This document shows positions 21,340-30,951 of a DNA stretch of 64,000 nt, in pieces (positions within the stretch are counted from its first letter, which is position 1; each line of letters starts with the position of its first letter). A program made the translations under genes and the position numbers. Source of the DNA: Longimicrobiales bacterium (GTDB lineage Bacteria > Gemmatimonadota > Gemmatimonadetes > Longimicrobiales > Gaopeijiaceae); the NCBI GenBank assembly GCA_963422615.1, contig OY730414.1:62001-126000 (forward strand), in the 5' to 3' direction. Below the pieces are notes generated by a model. That model made no database searches. It saw only the letters and a list, made by a program, of their open reading frames with translations, and was not told where the DNA came from.

Positions 21340-22790
21340 CCGATTCCGACGAAGCGCGTTCCGCTCCTGCCGGCTCGGGCCAACGCTTGAAGGACCGGTT
21401 GAAACTTGATTTTCGTCTCTTCCCACTCCAAGGCGGGGTCGGAACCCGGAACGATCCCGGCCCCGGCAAACAATCGCCACTTCCCTCCCGAGCACACCGC
21501 AGACCGGAGCGCCGGTACAAAGATCCCTCCGCCCTGGGAATCGAGCCACCCTACGGGACCGGCGTACCAGCCCCGTTCGAACACCTCGCTCTCCGTCAGA
21601 ATCCCCAAGGCAACGTCCCGTGGGATTCCGCAAACGGCGGGGGTCGGATGCAGAACTCCGAGGAGGTCCATGAGAGAAACCCCACCGGGGACTTCGGCGG
21701 CGATCCTGGTCTCCAGATGCTGGATTCGCGCCAGCGTCAGCACGTGGGGTTCCCCTTCCCGGCGGACATCACACCCCAGCCGACCGAGGCGCTCCACCAT
21801 GTCCTTCACGACAAAGTCGTGCTCGGCTCTGTCCTTGGCACTCGTGAACAACCGCCGGGCCAGCCGGGCGGTCTCCGCCGCTTCGCCTCCGACCGCCACA
21901 CTCCCGGCAACGGCTGTCGCGCGGAACCGGTCGCCGGCGAGAACCGCAACCCTTTCCGGCGCGGCCCCCGCCAGGGCTTCACCGGGAACGGGTTCGAAAA
22001 GGAAGACATGGCTCCCTTGATTCTCCCGCCAAAGGGCGATTGCCAGATCCGTCGGCCCGATCCGCCGGGCCGGATGGACCTCCAGAATCCGGGCGAGGAC
22101 GACCTTCTCCGCCTCCCCGGCCCGGATCCTGTGAAGGGCATCGCGCACCATGCGCTCCCAGGCATCTAGACCGGTCCCCGAGAACCGGGCTTTGCGGGGA
22201 AGATCTTCCAGCGCCCGGGAGATTCGCGATTTCGCTTCCGAACGACCCCGACCCACGGGTCTCGGTCGCCCCCTTCCCCGGTCTTCGTCCTCAAGGGCTT
22301 GCGCCCAGCGCTTGCAACGCGCTTCGGCTCGGGCCGGATCCGGGTCACGAACGGTGAGCCAGGACCCGCCTTCCAGAGGGTGGAACTCAACCTCAACCGC
22401 CGGGAGGTGAAAACAGGCCGAAGGAAAGGCGGACCAGACGTCGGCAGCACGGTGCCGCGAGGAGAAAGAGAAGCCGCCGAAGATTCGGGCCGGAACCTCG
22501 CCGGACGTACGCGCGAAGATCCGCTTTGCCCGGGCCTGCACCGTTCGAAATCGGGACCGGCCCCGGTTCCCGTCACCCCTTGCGTCGGTCGCCGCCACCT
22601 TGACGTCCGCGACCACCCCCGCGTGGGCCACCCACCGCTCTCCCACCGCCCAGAATCCCCGGGGGCCCCCCCGCGCCATGCGGAGAAACGTCTCGGGAGA
22701 AACAAGTCCCAGTTGGCGCCGGATTCGATGGTACACTGTGGGCCGGGTACTTGAGGGAACGGTCGGAAAAGGCGAATCCCGGACGTTCAC
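21336..22790 (-). CDS. menF: Isochorismate synthase
   Basis: KVVLAR, KDRAEH, LHPTPAVCG, RGWYAGPVG, FAGAGIV; start approximate. Confidence 0.93.
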   Translation of the reverse strand: MNVRDSPFPTVPSSTRPTVYHRIRRQLGLVSPETFLRMARGGPRGFWAVGERWVAHAGVVADVKVAATDARGDGNRGRSRFRTVQARAKRIFARTSGEVPARIFGGFSFSSRHRAADVWSAFPSACFHLPAVEVEFHPLEGGSWLTVRDPDPARAEARCKRWAQALEDEDRGRGRPRPVGRGRSEAKSRISRALEDLPRKARFSGTGLDAWERMVRDALHRIRAGEAEKVVLARILEVHPARRIGPTDLAIALWRENQGSHVFLFEPVPGEALAGAAPERVAVLAGDRFRATAVAGSVAVGGEAAETARLARRLFTSAKDRAEHDFVVKDMVERLGRLGCDVRREGEPHVLTLARIQHLETRIAAEVPGGVSLMDLLGVLHPTPAVCGIPRDVALGILTESEVFERGWYAGPVGWLDSQGGGIFVPALRSAVCSGGKWRLFAGAGIVPGSDPALEWEETKIKFQPVLQALARAGRSGTRFVGIG

Positions 22791-23146
22791 CTCCTTGCGG
22801 GTCAATGCCCCGCTTCCGCCGTTGGCGAGAACAATACCTTGCCCGGCGAATATAGCGATTCGGGAGTGAAGCGGATGTCCAAAAGGCCACCCGGGAGAAC
22901 ACCGGCGCGACATCCACCGCGGTCGCCGACTCCAAGTCACGTTCCCCGCCAAGCGGCTTCCTTATCGCGCTTGGCGGGGGCATTGATCCGACGCAGTAGC
23001 TTGACCCAGGGCCGCAATGGCCCGGCCTGGGTCCGGTCGCGCAGCGGGTTCAGGTAGCTCGTTCGCTGGATCGGCCTCACCTAGTATCCCCACCCAGTAT
23101 ATCTTGATTTTCGCCATGGTGATCCCCCCACGGGAGTTCAAGAAGA

Positions 23147-25441
23147 ATGCAGAAAACCCGCCCGCAAAGCATTGGGTACGAAGGCGCGCGACGTGCCCCT
23201 GCGGACACGGCCCCTGCGGACGTGGCGACTCCCACCGCAACGAAGCACCTTCCTGATGCAAATCATGAGCCGATCTGCTTTCGCACGCCCCCGGATCCTA
23301 CGCCCGTGCCCGCGCCGATGGAGGCGCACGACCTCCGCCAGTCCGAGTACTACCTGAACCGGGAGCTCACCTGGCTCAACTTCAACTTCCGAGTGCTTCA
23401 CGAGGCGGAGGATCCGAGGACTCCCCTGCTGGAACGAGTGAACTTCCTCTCGATCGTGGGATCGAACCTTGATGAGTTTTTCATGAAGCGGATCGGCGGG
23501 CTGAAACAGCAGGTTGAGGCGGGCATCACGGAACGCACGGTGGACGGTCGCACACCGGTCCAGCAGATCAACCAGTGTTACCAGGTCGTTCGGCACTTGG
23601 AGCGGAGGCAGAGAACCGCGGCCCGGGACATTCTGCAGCGCCTGGCGAATGAGGGAATTCATGTCCTCAATCTGAAAGACCTGGATCGGAGCCAGCGCGA
23701 ATGGCTAAGGAAGCACTACGTGCGGAACATCTACCCTCTGGTCACGCCCCAGGCGACGGATCCAGCACACCCCTTCCCGTTCATCTCGAACCTATCGCTG
23801 AACCTCCTGGTCACGCTCCGTCATCCGGGCAATGACCCGTTGTCCCTGGCTCGTGTCAAGGTGCCCGTGGGGACGGGGATTCCCCGCTTCGTCCAAATCG
23901 ATGCTTCCGCTGCGTGGGTTCGGCTGGAAAGCGTCATTGCAAACAACCTGGACCTCCTGTTCCCCGGAATGGAGGTTGTGTCTTGCGACATCTTTCGCGT
24001 CACCCGAAACGCCATCTACGACGTGGACGAGGATACGGCCGACGACCTCCTCGAGCTGATCGAAACCGGACTGCGCAACCGCCGTCTGGCTCCCATCGTT
24101 CGCTTGCAGGTCAAGAAGGGCATGGACAAGCGCCGACGAACCATGCTGGCGAAGAAGCTGGGGTTGAAGGACAGTGACGTCTTTGAAGGCGACGGACTTC
24201 AAGGGCTGAAGGACCTGATCGAACTTCGGGACCTGGATCGGCCGGACCTCAAGGATCCGGCCCACCACCCGGCGGAACACCCCGGGCTCCTCAACGACCG
24301 CCCCATTTTCCACATCATCCGAGATTCCGGCGCCCTTCTCCTTCATCATCCCTACCAAGCCTTCGATACCTCCGTCGTTCGGTTCCTCCGGGAAGCCGTT
24401 CGCGACCCGAAGGTACGCGCCATCAAGATGACCTTCTATCGGATGGCGCCCCACAGCGGCATCATCGATAACCTCGTGGAAGCGGCGCGGACCGGAAAGC
24501 AGGTGGCCGTGGTCATTGAGCTGCAGGCCCGGTTCGACGAGGCCGCCAACATCCAGTGGGCGAACGCCTTGGCCGCCCATGGGATCCACGTGACCTACGG
24601 GGTCTTGGGGCTCAAAACCCACTGCAAGCTCATTCTCGTGGTGCGACAGGATTATGATGGGCTCCGGCGCTATGCACACGTCGGCACGGGTAACTATCAT
24701 GCCGGGACCGCCCGCCTGTACTGCGACCAGGGATTGCTGACATGCGATGAGTCCGTGGGGGCGGATCTGACGGAGCTCTTCAATTATTTGACCACCGGGT
24801 ACCACCCCGCACGAAAGTACGGGAAGCTTCTCACCGCCCCGAAGCACCTGCGCCCCGCCCTCCTGGGCCGAATCGAACGGGAGATTGCCGTCCACTCGGA
24901 CGACAGTCCCGGCCAGATTCAGTTTCAGATGAACGCCCTGGCGGATCCGAAGGTGACGAGAGCCCTGTATGTCGCCGCAAGCAAGGGTGTGAAGGTGGAT
25001 CTGATCATCCGCGACAGCTGCCGCATTCGCCCCGGCATTCCGGGTCTGTCGGAGAACGTCCGGGTGGTGAGCATCGTCGGAAGATTCCTCCAGCACACCC
25101 GGATCTACTACTTTCGCAATGGCGGCGATGAGGAATACTACCTTGGGTCCGCCGACTGCATGCGAAGGAACCTCAGCGCCCGGGTCGAAGTTCTCGTCCC
25201 CGTAGAGGACCCTGCCCTTCGGGCCGAACTTCGCTACTTGCTGGACGTGCAGCTTGGGGACCAGCGCCGCGGCTGGGAAATGGCCGTCGACGGAAGCTAC
25301 GCCAAACGCACATCCGCGGATGACCGCGACACGTGTACGTTCCGTACCCTCATCGACTGGGCACACCGCAGAGAACTGGAAGGCAAGCGGTTGCAAAACC
25401 GGCGACCCGCGGGACTGGGAGGCGAAACGGAAGGAGTTTGA
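23147..25441 (+). CDS. ppk1: Polyphosphate kinase 1
   Basis: NRELTWL.FN.RVL, SNLDEFF, HPFPFISN, LLHHPY, ELQARFDE, KTHCK, GTGNY; the start may instead be ATG 23318. Confidence 0.97.
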   Translation: MQKTRPQSIGYEGARRAPADTAPADVATPTATKHLPDANHEPICFRTPPDPTPVPAPMEAHDLRQSEYYLNRELTWLNFNFRVLHEAEDPRTPLLERVNFLSIVGSNLDEFFMKRIGGLKQQVEAGITERTVDGRTPVQQINQCYQVVRHLERRQRTAARDILQRLANEGIHVLNLKDLDRSQREWLRKHYVRNIYPLVTPQATDPAHPFPFISNLSLNLLVTLRHPGNDPLSLARVKVPVGTGIPRFVQIDASAAWVRLESVIANNLDLLFPGMEVVSCDIFRVTRNAIYDVDEDTADDLLELIETGLRNRRLAPIVRLQVKKGMDKRRRTMLAKKLGLKDSDVFEGDGLQGLKDLIELRDLDRPDLKDPAHHPAEHPGLLNDRPIFHIIRDSGALLLHHPYQAFDTSVVRFLREAVRDPKVRAIKMTFYRMAPHSGIIDNLVEAARTGKQVAVVIELQARFDEAANIQWANALAAHGIHVTYGVLGLKTHCKLILVVRQDYDGLRRYAHVGTGNYHAGTARLYCDQGLLTCDESVGADLTELFNYLTTGYHPARKYGKLLTAPKHLRPALLGRIEREIAVHSDDSPGQIQFQMNALADPKVTRALYVAASKGVKVDLIIRDSCRIRPGIPGLSENVRVVSIVGRFLQHTRIYYFRNGGDEEYYLGSADCMRRNLSARVEVLVPVEDPALRAELRYLLDVQLGDQRRGWEMAVDGSYAKRTSADDRDTCTFRTLIDWAHRRELEGKRLQNRRPAGLGGETEGV

Positions 25442-25689
25442 TGGCGACCCCGTGAATTTGGACAGGGCACCCCAGCGGGCCTCTCACATCCCAACTCTTC
25501 ATCGTCTCGTCCGGCTAGCAGGTTTGTCCTTGCTGGCGCTGGCCGTCATCTTGGGTCCTAGACAGTGATGTTCTGACCTGTGTAGGCGGACCGACCATCA
25601 AGAGCAACTGCCGCGGTGGGTAGCTCACCAACCAGGCTAGCCCCGCCCAAATTGCGGCCTGGAGTCTCTGGATTGCGAACAGGAGTCCA

Positions 25690-26350
25690 ATGAATCCCAG
25701 GAAGCCGTCCAAGCTTGACCTCGGTGTCAACATCGCCATCCTGGTGACCCTGGCAATCGTGCTCCTTGGCCCGTCCGGTGTGATCGGAAGCCGCATCGTG
25801 ACCACTTTCCAGGCTTGGAAAGCCCAGCGGGCCATTGCGGAGGTTTGGCCAACGCTGACCGATGCCCGTAGCAGGATAGCTGGAAGTGGAGACCTTTCGA
25901 ATCGGACGGTCGTTGAGTTCGTTGACTATGAGTGTTCGATATGTCGACAGATTGCGGAAGAAGTTTCCGATGCAGCCGCGTCACATGACGTTGATCTCGT
26001 GATCCGTCATCTTCCCCTGGACGGACATCGCGACGCCGGAGAGCCCGCGCTGGCTGCCGTTTGCAGCGAGAAGCAATCGGTCTTTGAGCAGGCTCATCAA
26101 GCCCTGCTGTTGGAAGACGATTGGATGGAAGAGAGCGACTGGGTGGCTTGAGCAGAGCGCTTGGGCATCAAGCGTATACAATTGTTTTCCGACTGCTTGG
26201 ATGATGAATCCACGTTGCATCGGGTAGAGTACGACATGAGCCTGGCAAAGTCGATCGGGATCTTGGGAACCCCGACATTCGTTACGGAAAAGGGCGTTTT
26301 TCCTGGCGAACCCGGGTTGGACGCCGCAATAGCCAGCTTGTCGCTAGACG
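25690..26350 (+). pseudogene. DsbA-family thioredoxin interrupted by an in-frame TGA at 26149-26151
   Basis: N-terminal TM, VEFVDYECSIC, RHLPL. After the TGA the same frame continues AERLGIKRIQLFSDCL...GILGTPTF (cis-Pro motif). Confidence 0.75.
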
Positions 26351-26399
26351 CCCGTCAGAACAGCCCTTCCGGGTTGGCGCATCTTTCTCCGACACCCCT

Positions 26400-26966
26400 C
26401 TTCGTCAACCCATGGACGGGTGAGCTGTGGACCGCCGGGAGAGAGGGCGGAGGGCCGGGAGAGTTTGTTGGTTCTGGATGGGGGCTGTGCTTGTTCAGGC
26501 AGCAGCAGCAACTCGTTGTCTGGGACCAGAACAACAATCGCCGCCTGACATTCTTTTCGGACAAAGGGGAGCTTCTGGACGCACGGCGGGTCAATGCCGG
26601 GTGGCGTGAAGATATCGGAGACCGATTTTGAAGCCGCGGTTCGCGAAGAACGAGCCCACCACAGACGCGGTTGGGAAATCACTGAAGAGCAGCTCGCGGC
26701 AATGGGGCGTACGTCAACGTTCGAATTTCGGGAACGCGACTATCGTTACAACGAAATCGCTCCTCCCATTGATCGGATTCGGAATGGACAGGGACGGTCG
26801 CCTCTGGATGCCGCGCTACGTGCTGCCGACCGACCAAGCCAAGCGGTGGACGGTCTGGAATGGAGAGCACGAGGAATTCTCGGTCGAGGTACCGATCAAC
26901 GAGCGTTTGCTAGACGTCCTTGGAGACCTCGTCCTCCTCCGGGGCCCAAGACGAACTGGGCGTTGA
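26400..26966 (+). pseudogene. Fragments of a 6-bladed beta-propeller protein (internally deleted and frameshifted)
   Basis: WTAGREGGGPGEF...LVVWDQNNNRRLTFFSDKGELL, then fragments in other frames (GMDRDGRLWMPRY...RWTVWN...ERLLDV). Confidence 0.55.
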
Positions 26967-27086
26967 CAGGGCCGTGATCCGCCGGGTGGTCCGGGACCCC
27001 GGGTGAGTGTTGTGACGTGGGGTCGTCCGGAGACCCGTTGACCCGTTGCCCAGGATCGGTTTCTGCGCGTCGCCACAGTCCTACGT

Positions 27087-29135
27087 TCAGCTCACCGGCC
27101 TGTTTCGGGGCACAAGCCTGGCCGACCACAGGCCTGAGTTCGTGTCGGAAAAGAAGATTCGGCCCTTGAAGGGCATGGCGCTCCACGTCATGGGAGCGTT
27201 GGGAACGTATCCGGCCGGGTCGTAGGGCTTGAAGACGGAGATCTCTCGACCCTGCGTGTAGAGGTTCCCCATTAGCTCACCCGACACGTCCACGACCCGC
27301 AGGCCTCCCTCGTAATAGGCCTGGTACAGCACATCGTCCTCTACCCAAATGTTGTGGGTCCCGTACTCGGGCACTTCGTACCGCGCCACCATCTCAGGGT
27401 TCTCTGGGTCGGAGAAGTCGATGATCTGAATGTACCCCTGGGTCGCAAGCGGGATGCCGTGCATCCCCGTCCGAGGATCGTAGGGAAGCTGATAGGACCC
27501 TCGCCCCGTCCCCGGGCCCTCCCACGCGAGACCCCGGCGGTTCATGATCTCGTCGCCGACGAACACGTAGTGCTTCCCCGTGGACTCCGACACGTACGGA
27601 AAGACGGCGTGGGTGCCCCCCGTCGGGAGCGGATAACTGCTCACGAAGACGGGGTTTTCCAGGGAACCGCCCCAGCGCCCGTCGCCTACATCCACCACGA
27701 CCAAGCCGGTCTCCCACTCCGCGGAGTACGCCAGCCCGTCCATGACCCACACGTCGTGAAGACGGCTGTCGGGGTGGTTGTATTCTCCGGTGTAGCGGGG
27801 ATTGTAAATGTCTGTCACGTCCAGAATGACGTACTTGTCTCCGTTGGCCAGGGCGAAGACGTGGGTTTCGGTGGGAAAGGCGTTGTGGACACCCCCCGTG
27901 AGACCGTAGTCGGTTACTTCGGACGCGATCCTGGGATGGGCAGGATCCGCCAGGTCCAGGAGGACGAGTCCGTTTCGCCGGTCCGACGCCCCTTCCCGGG
28001 TCATGGTCGCGTACCGAGCGTCCGGGGACACCTTCATGTCGTTGACGGAGCGGGCGTCCACTTGAATCGAATCCGTCTTGACGATGTTGCCGGGGTCCGT
28101 GACGTCCCACACGAAGCCGAAGCCGTTCGACCGCTTGGCACCGGTCAGGGCGTAATCCCTGTCGTCCCTTCCCTGGAAGACCCAGAAGTCCGTTGTGCGC
28201 ACCCGCTGTTCCCTGCCCTGGCCCTCGATTTCCAGCTTCTGCACGACGTCGCGCGGAGCGACCCGGAAGGAAGTCCGGGCGGTCAGCGGTCCTGCGTCGG
28301 CCACCACCGTGTAGACCCCTGGCACATCCGCAACGAAACGGCCTTGCCGCATCTGACCGGGGGCGGGAGGGGCGACGATCCCTTCAGACGCTTCGTAGCC
28401 GTGGGACCATTCGACGGGCACATCCGGGATGATCTGGCCACTTCCGTCTTTCACGACGGCGCTGAAATTGATGACATCGCCGGTCCGAACGCGCGCCACC
28501 CCACCCTCAATCTCCAAGAACTCCCCCACGAACCGACCGACGGGCAAAGTGATGGTTCCGGCAATGCCCTCCACCCGGCCGTTGATCCTGGCCTCCCCGG
28601 GGACCCGCGCCGTCACCCGGCCGAAACGGTCGACCGACGCGATGTCCGGGGTATCGCTGGACCATTCCACGCGGGGAGCAGGCCGGATGCTGCCGTCTCC
28701 GTGTTCCGCTCGGGCTCGAAGCCGAATCGTCGTCCCTGTGAAGAGCCGGACTTGAGAGACGGGAGAGACCACCACGCGGGCCACCCGGGGCCAGTCGATC
28801 TTTACGGGCACGGCCAGGGTAACCGGGTCCTGGCCCGGCGGAGCATAGGTTGCGACGAGGGCGTACTCCCCCGCGGAGCGGGCGGTGACCACACCCCGGC
28901 GCACGCGTACGGCGGACCGGGGACCCACGAGCCGGATCGGGGCTTCCCGCCTGGCGCCGGACCGCGTCACGGCCACGACCGTGACCTGGGCTTGGTCCCC
29001 CACCCGCATGGCGAGCTGCGGGGGATCGGCTTCCAGCTTGACAACGGGGTCGCCCGCTTGCAAGGCCGCGGCCTCTGAAATCGAAAGGCAACCCGCCAGA
29101 AGAAGCAACCCTAGGATCTCGGCGAATCTGGTCAT
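27087..29135 (-). CDS. Secreted protein with Ig-like (Big_2) domains and an LVIVD-repeat propeller
   Basis: Signal peptide; VEWSSDTPDIASVDRFGRVTA Ig repeat; GLVLLDLADP, GLVVVDV, GGLRVVDVS LVIVD repeats. Confidence 0.88.
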   Translation of the reverse strand: MTRFAEILGLLLLAGCLSISEAAALQAGDPVVKLEADPPQLAMRVGDQAQVTVVAVTRSGARREAPIRLVGPRSAVRVRRGVVTARSAGEYALVATYAPPGQDPVTLAVPVKIDWPRVARVVVSPVSQVRLFTGTTIRLRARAEHGDGSIRPAPRVEWSSDTPDIASVDRFGRVTARVPGEARINGRVEGIAGTITLPVGRFVGEFLEIEGGVARVRTGDVINFSAVVKDGSGQIIPDVPVEWSHGYEASEGIVAPPAPGQMRQGRFVADVPGVYTVVADAGPLTARTSFRVAPRDVVQKLEIEGQGREQRVRTTDFWVFQGRDDRDYALTGAKRSNGFGFVWDVTDPGNIVKTDSIQVDARSVNDMKVSPDARYATMTREGASDRRNGLVLLDLADPAHPRIASEVTDYGLTGGVHNAFPTETHVFALANGDKYVILDVTDIYNPRYTGEYNHPDSRLHDVWVMDGLAYSAEWETGLVVVDVGDGRWGGSLENPVFVSSYPLPTGGTHAVFPYVSESTGKHYVFVGDEIMNRRGLAWEGPGTGRGSYQLPYDPRTGMHGIPLATQGYIQIIDFSDPENPEMVARYEVPEYGTHNIWVEDDVLYQAYYEGGLRVVDVSGELMGNLYTQGREISVFKPYDPAGYVPNAPMTWSAMPFKGRIFFSDTNSGLWSARLVPRNRPVS

Positions 29136-29404
29136 CGTGCTCCCTCCTTAGAGACCCTTCGCCTCCACGATCTGGAGGCGTAAGGGCAATTGTGCCGACC
29201 CTCGGTCCGGGATGCGGCGTCCGCCCCCGACCATGGGGACGACGGACCCCACCCGTCAACCGGCACCTCCATGGCCGCGCGGATCCGTCGGGACGGCGGG
29301 CTTCGCTGCGGCCGCTCCCGGGCCGGGATGCGCATCTCCTCCTGGGCCAGCACGCCGGGTTCCGTCCAGATCGTCTCAACAAGTAGATCTCGTGAGAGCT
29401 TGGT

Positions 29405-29433
29405 TTGCGCCCCTATCGCCTCTTTGGTAATTT
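29405..29433 (+). promoter_or_regulatory. Putative sigma70 promoter of the aldolase gene (TTGCGC-N17-TAATTT, extended -10 TG)
   Basis: Exact 17-nt spacing, 34 nt upstream of the CDS. Confidence 0.45.
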
Positions 29434-29466
29434 GCGGCCGGAGTCACCCGAAAACCCGAAGCGAGT

Positions 29467-30528
29467 GTGCCCCTAGTGAGCCAAGTTCACGATCTACTGG
29501 GAAGCGAAGCTGAAGATCTCCTTTCGTACCAGGCGAAGGGGTTCCGCAAGGAACAGATTCACCTCCCGGGTCCGGACTTCGTGGACCGGGTCCTGGCCGG
29601 TACCGACCGGAATGCGCAGGTACTTCGCAGCATGCAGCAGATTCTCAACCACGGCCGACTCGCGGGCACCGGGTACGTGTCCATCCTCCCCGTCGACCAG
29701 GGAATCGAGCATTCCGCAGGGGCATCCTTCGCGCCGAACCCGGTCTACTTCGATCCCGGCAACATCATCGAGCTGGCCTTGGAAGGGGGCTGCAACGCGG
29801 TCGCCTCCACCGTTGGTGTGCTGGGGGCCTGTTCCCGCCGTTTTGCCCACAAGATCCCCTTTCTCGTCAAGCTGAACCACAACGAACTGCTCACGTACCC
29901 CAACCGCTACGACCAAGTGATGTTCGCGGGCGTGCAGCAGGCCTGGGAGCTGGGCGCCGCCGCCGTGGGGGCAACGATCTACTTCGGCTCGGACCAGGGG
30001 GCCCGCCAGCTTCAGGAGGTCTCGGAAGCCTTTCAGATGGCCCACGAGCTGGGGATGGTCACGGTTCTATGGTGCTATCTGCGGCACAGTGCGTTCAAGA
30101 AGGACGGAACGGACTATCACGCGGCCGCCGACCTGACGGGACAGGCCAACCATCTGGGGGTCACCATCCAGGCGGACATCATCAAGCAGAAGCAGGCCCA
30201 GGTGGACGGCGGCTACCCCGCCATCGGCTTCGGGCGGACCCACCCTCGGGTCTACGAAGACCTGGTCCCCGGTACCCACCCCATCGAGATGACCCGCTAC
30301 CAAGTGGCCAACTGCTACATGGGACGGGCAGGACTGATCAACTCCGGTGGCTCCAGCGGTACGGACGACTTTGCTCAGGCTGCGCGCACTGCCGTAATCA
30401 ACAAGCGGGCCGGAGGAATGGGGCTGATTTCCGGAAGGAAGGCCTTCCAGCGTCCCATGTCCGAAGGGGTCAAACTCCTCAACCTGATCCAGGACGTCTT
30501 CCTGGACCCATCGATCGGGGTGGCTTGA
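29467..30528 (+). CDS. fbaB: Class I fructose-bisphosphate aldolase (DhnA/FbaB type)
   Basis: [26 protein letters not shown] Schiff-base Lys, [12 protein letters not shown]. Confidence 0.97.
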   Translation: MPLVSQVHDLLGSEAEDLLSYQAKGFRKEQIHLPGPDFVDRVLAGTDRNAQVLRSMQQILNHGRLAGTGYVSILPVDQGIEHSAGASFAPNPVYFDPGNIIELALEGGCNAVASTVGVLGACSRRFAHKIPFLVKLNHNELLTYPNRYDQVMFAGVQQAWELGAAAVGATIYFGSDQGARQLQEVSEAFQMAHELGMVTVLWCYLRHSAFKKDGTDYHAAADLTGQANHLGVTIQADIIKQKQAQVDGGYPAIGFGRTHPRVYEDLVPGTHPIEMTRYQVANCYMGRAGLINSGGSSGTDDFAQAARTAVINKRAGGMGLISGRKAFQRPMSEGVKLLNLIQDVFLDPSIGVA

Positions 30529-30549
30529 TTCCCAAGGGTGACCCTTACT

Positions 30550-30800
30550 TTAGGTTGGCGAAAATTCGAGGAGCCGCGCTTCGATGTTATCGGGCGATAT
30601 GAATCCGTAGGTTCGGTCCCGCTCTCGCCGCTCCAACAGGCCCGGGTCCGCTAGCTCAAGAAGGTCGGTACGGGCAGTATCGTATGCCACGGCATGGCTG
30701 CGTTGGTGCGACTTGATCGTGTAGCGCGCACCGGCATGGCGAATGGCATTGCCCAAACCGCCACCTGGCGGTGGTTGAACCGTGCCGACTGCTTGAGCAT
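30550..30800 (-). pseudogene. C-terminal winged-HTH remnant of a Fic-family protein
   Basis: FNHRQVAV, then a frameshift, then LGNAIRHAGARYTIKSHQRSHAVAYDTARTDLLEL; no Fic catalytic domain upstream. Confidence 0.6.
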
Positions 30801-30951
30801 GGCTTCTATGCGCCGCAGCCTCATGGCTGTGCCACCGGCCGTGTCCCCCTCTGGGGCCTAGCGCCCGGCAGGCTGGCGCAGCCCCTGGATAAGTAAGCCG
30901 CGCTTGGGGGCCGGCCACTTCCGTGGGCGGGCCACCTTCCCTTCGGGCCGG

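Noticed and set aside
26149..26151. Selenoprotein call for the DsbA UGA
   Set aside because: The UGA is not at a redox Cys position, the hairpin loop is only 12 nt from it, and the surrounding cassette is degraded. Kept only as a low-interest finding.
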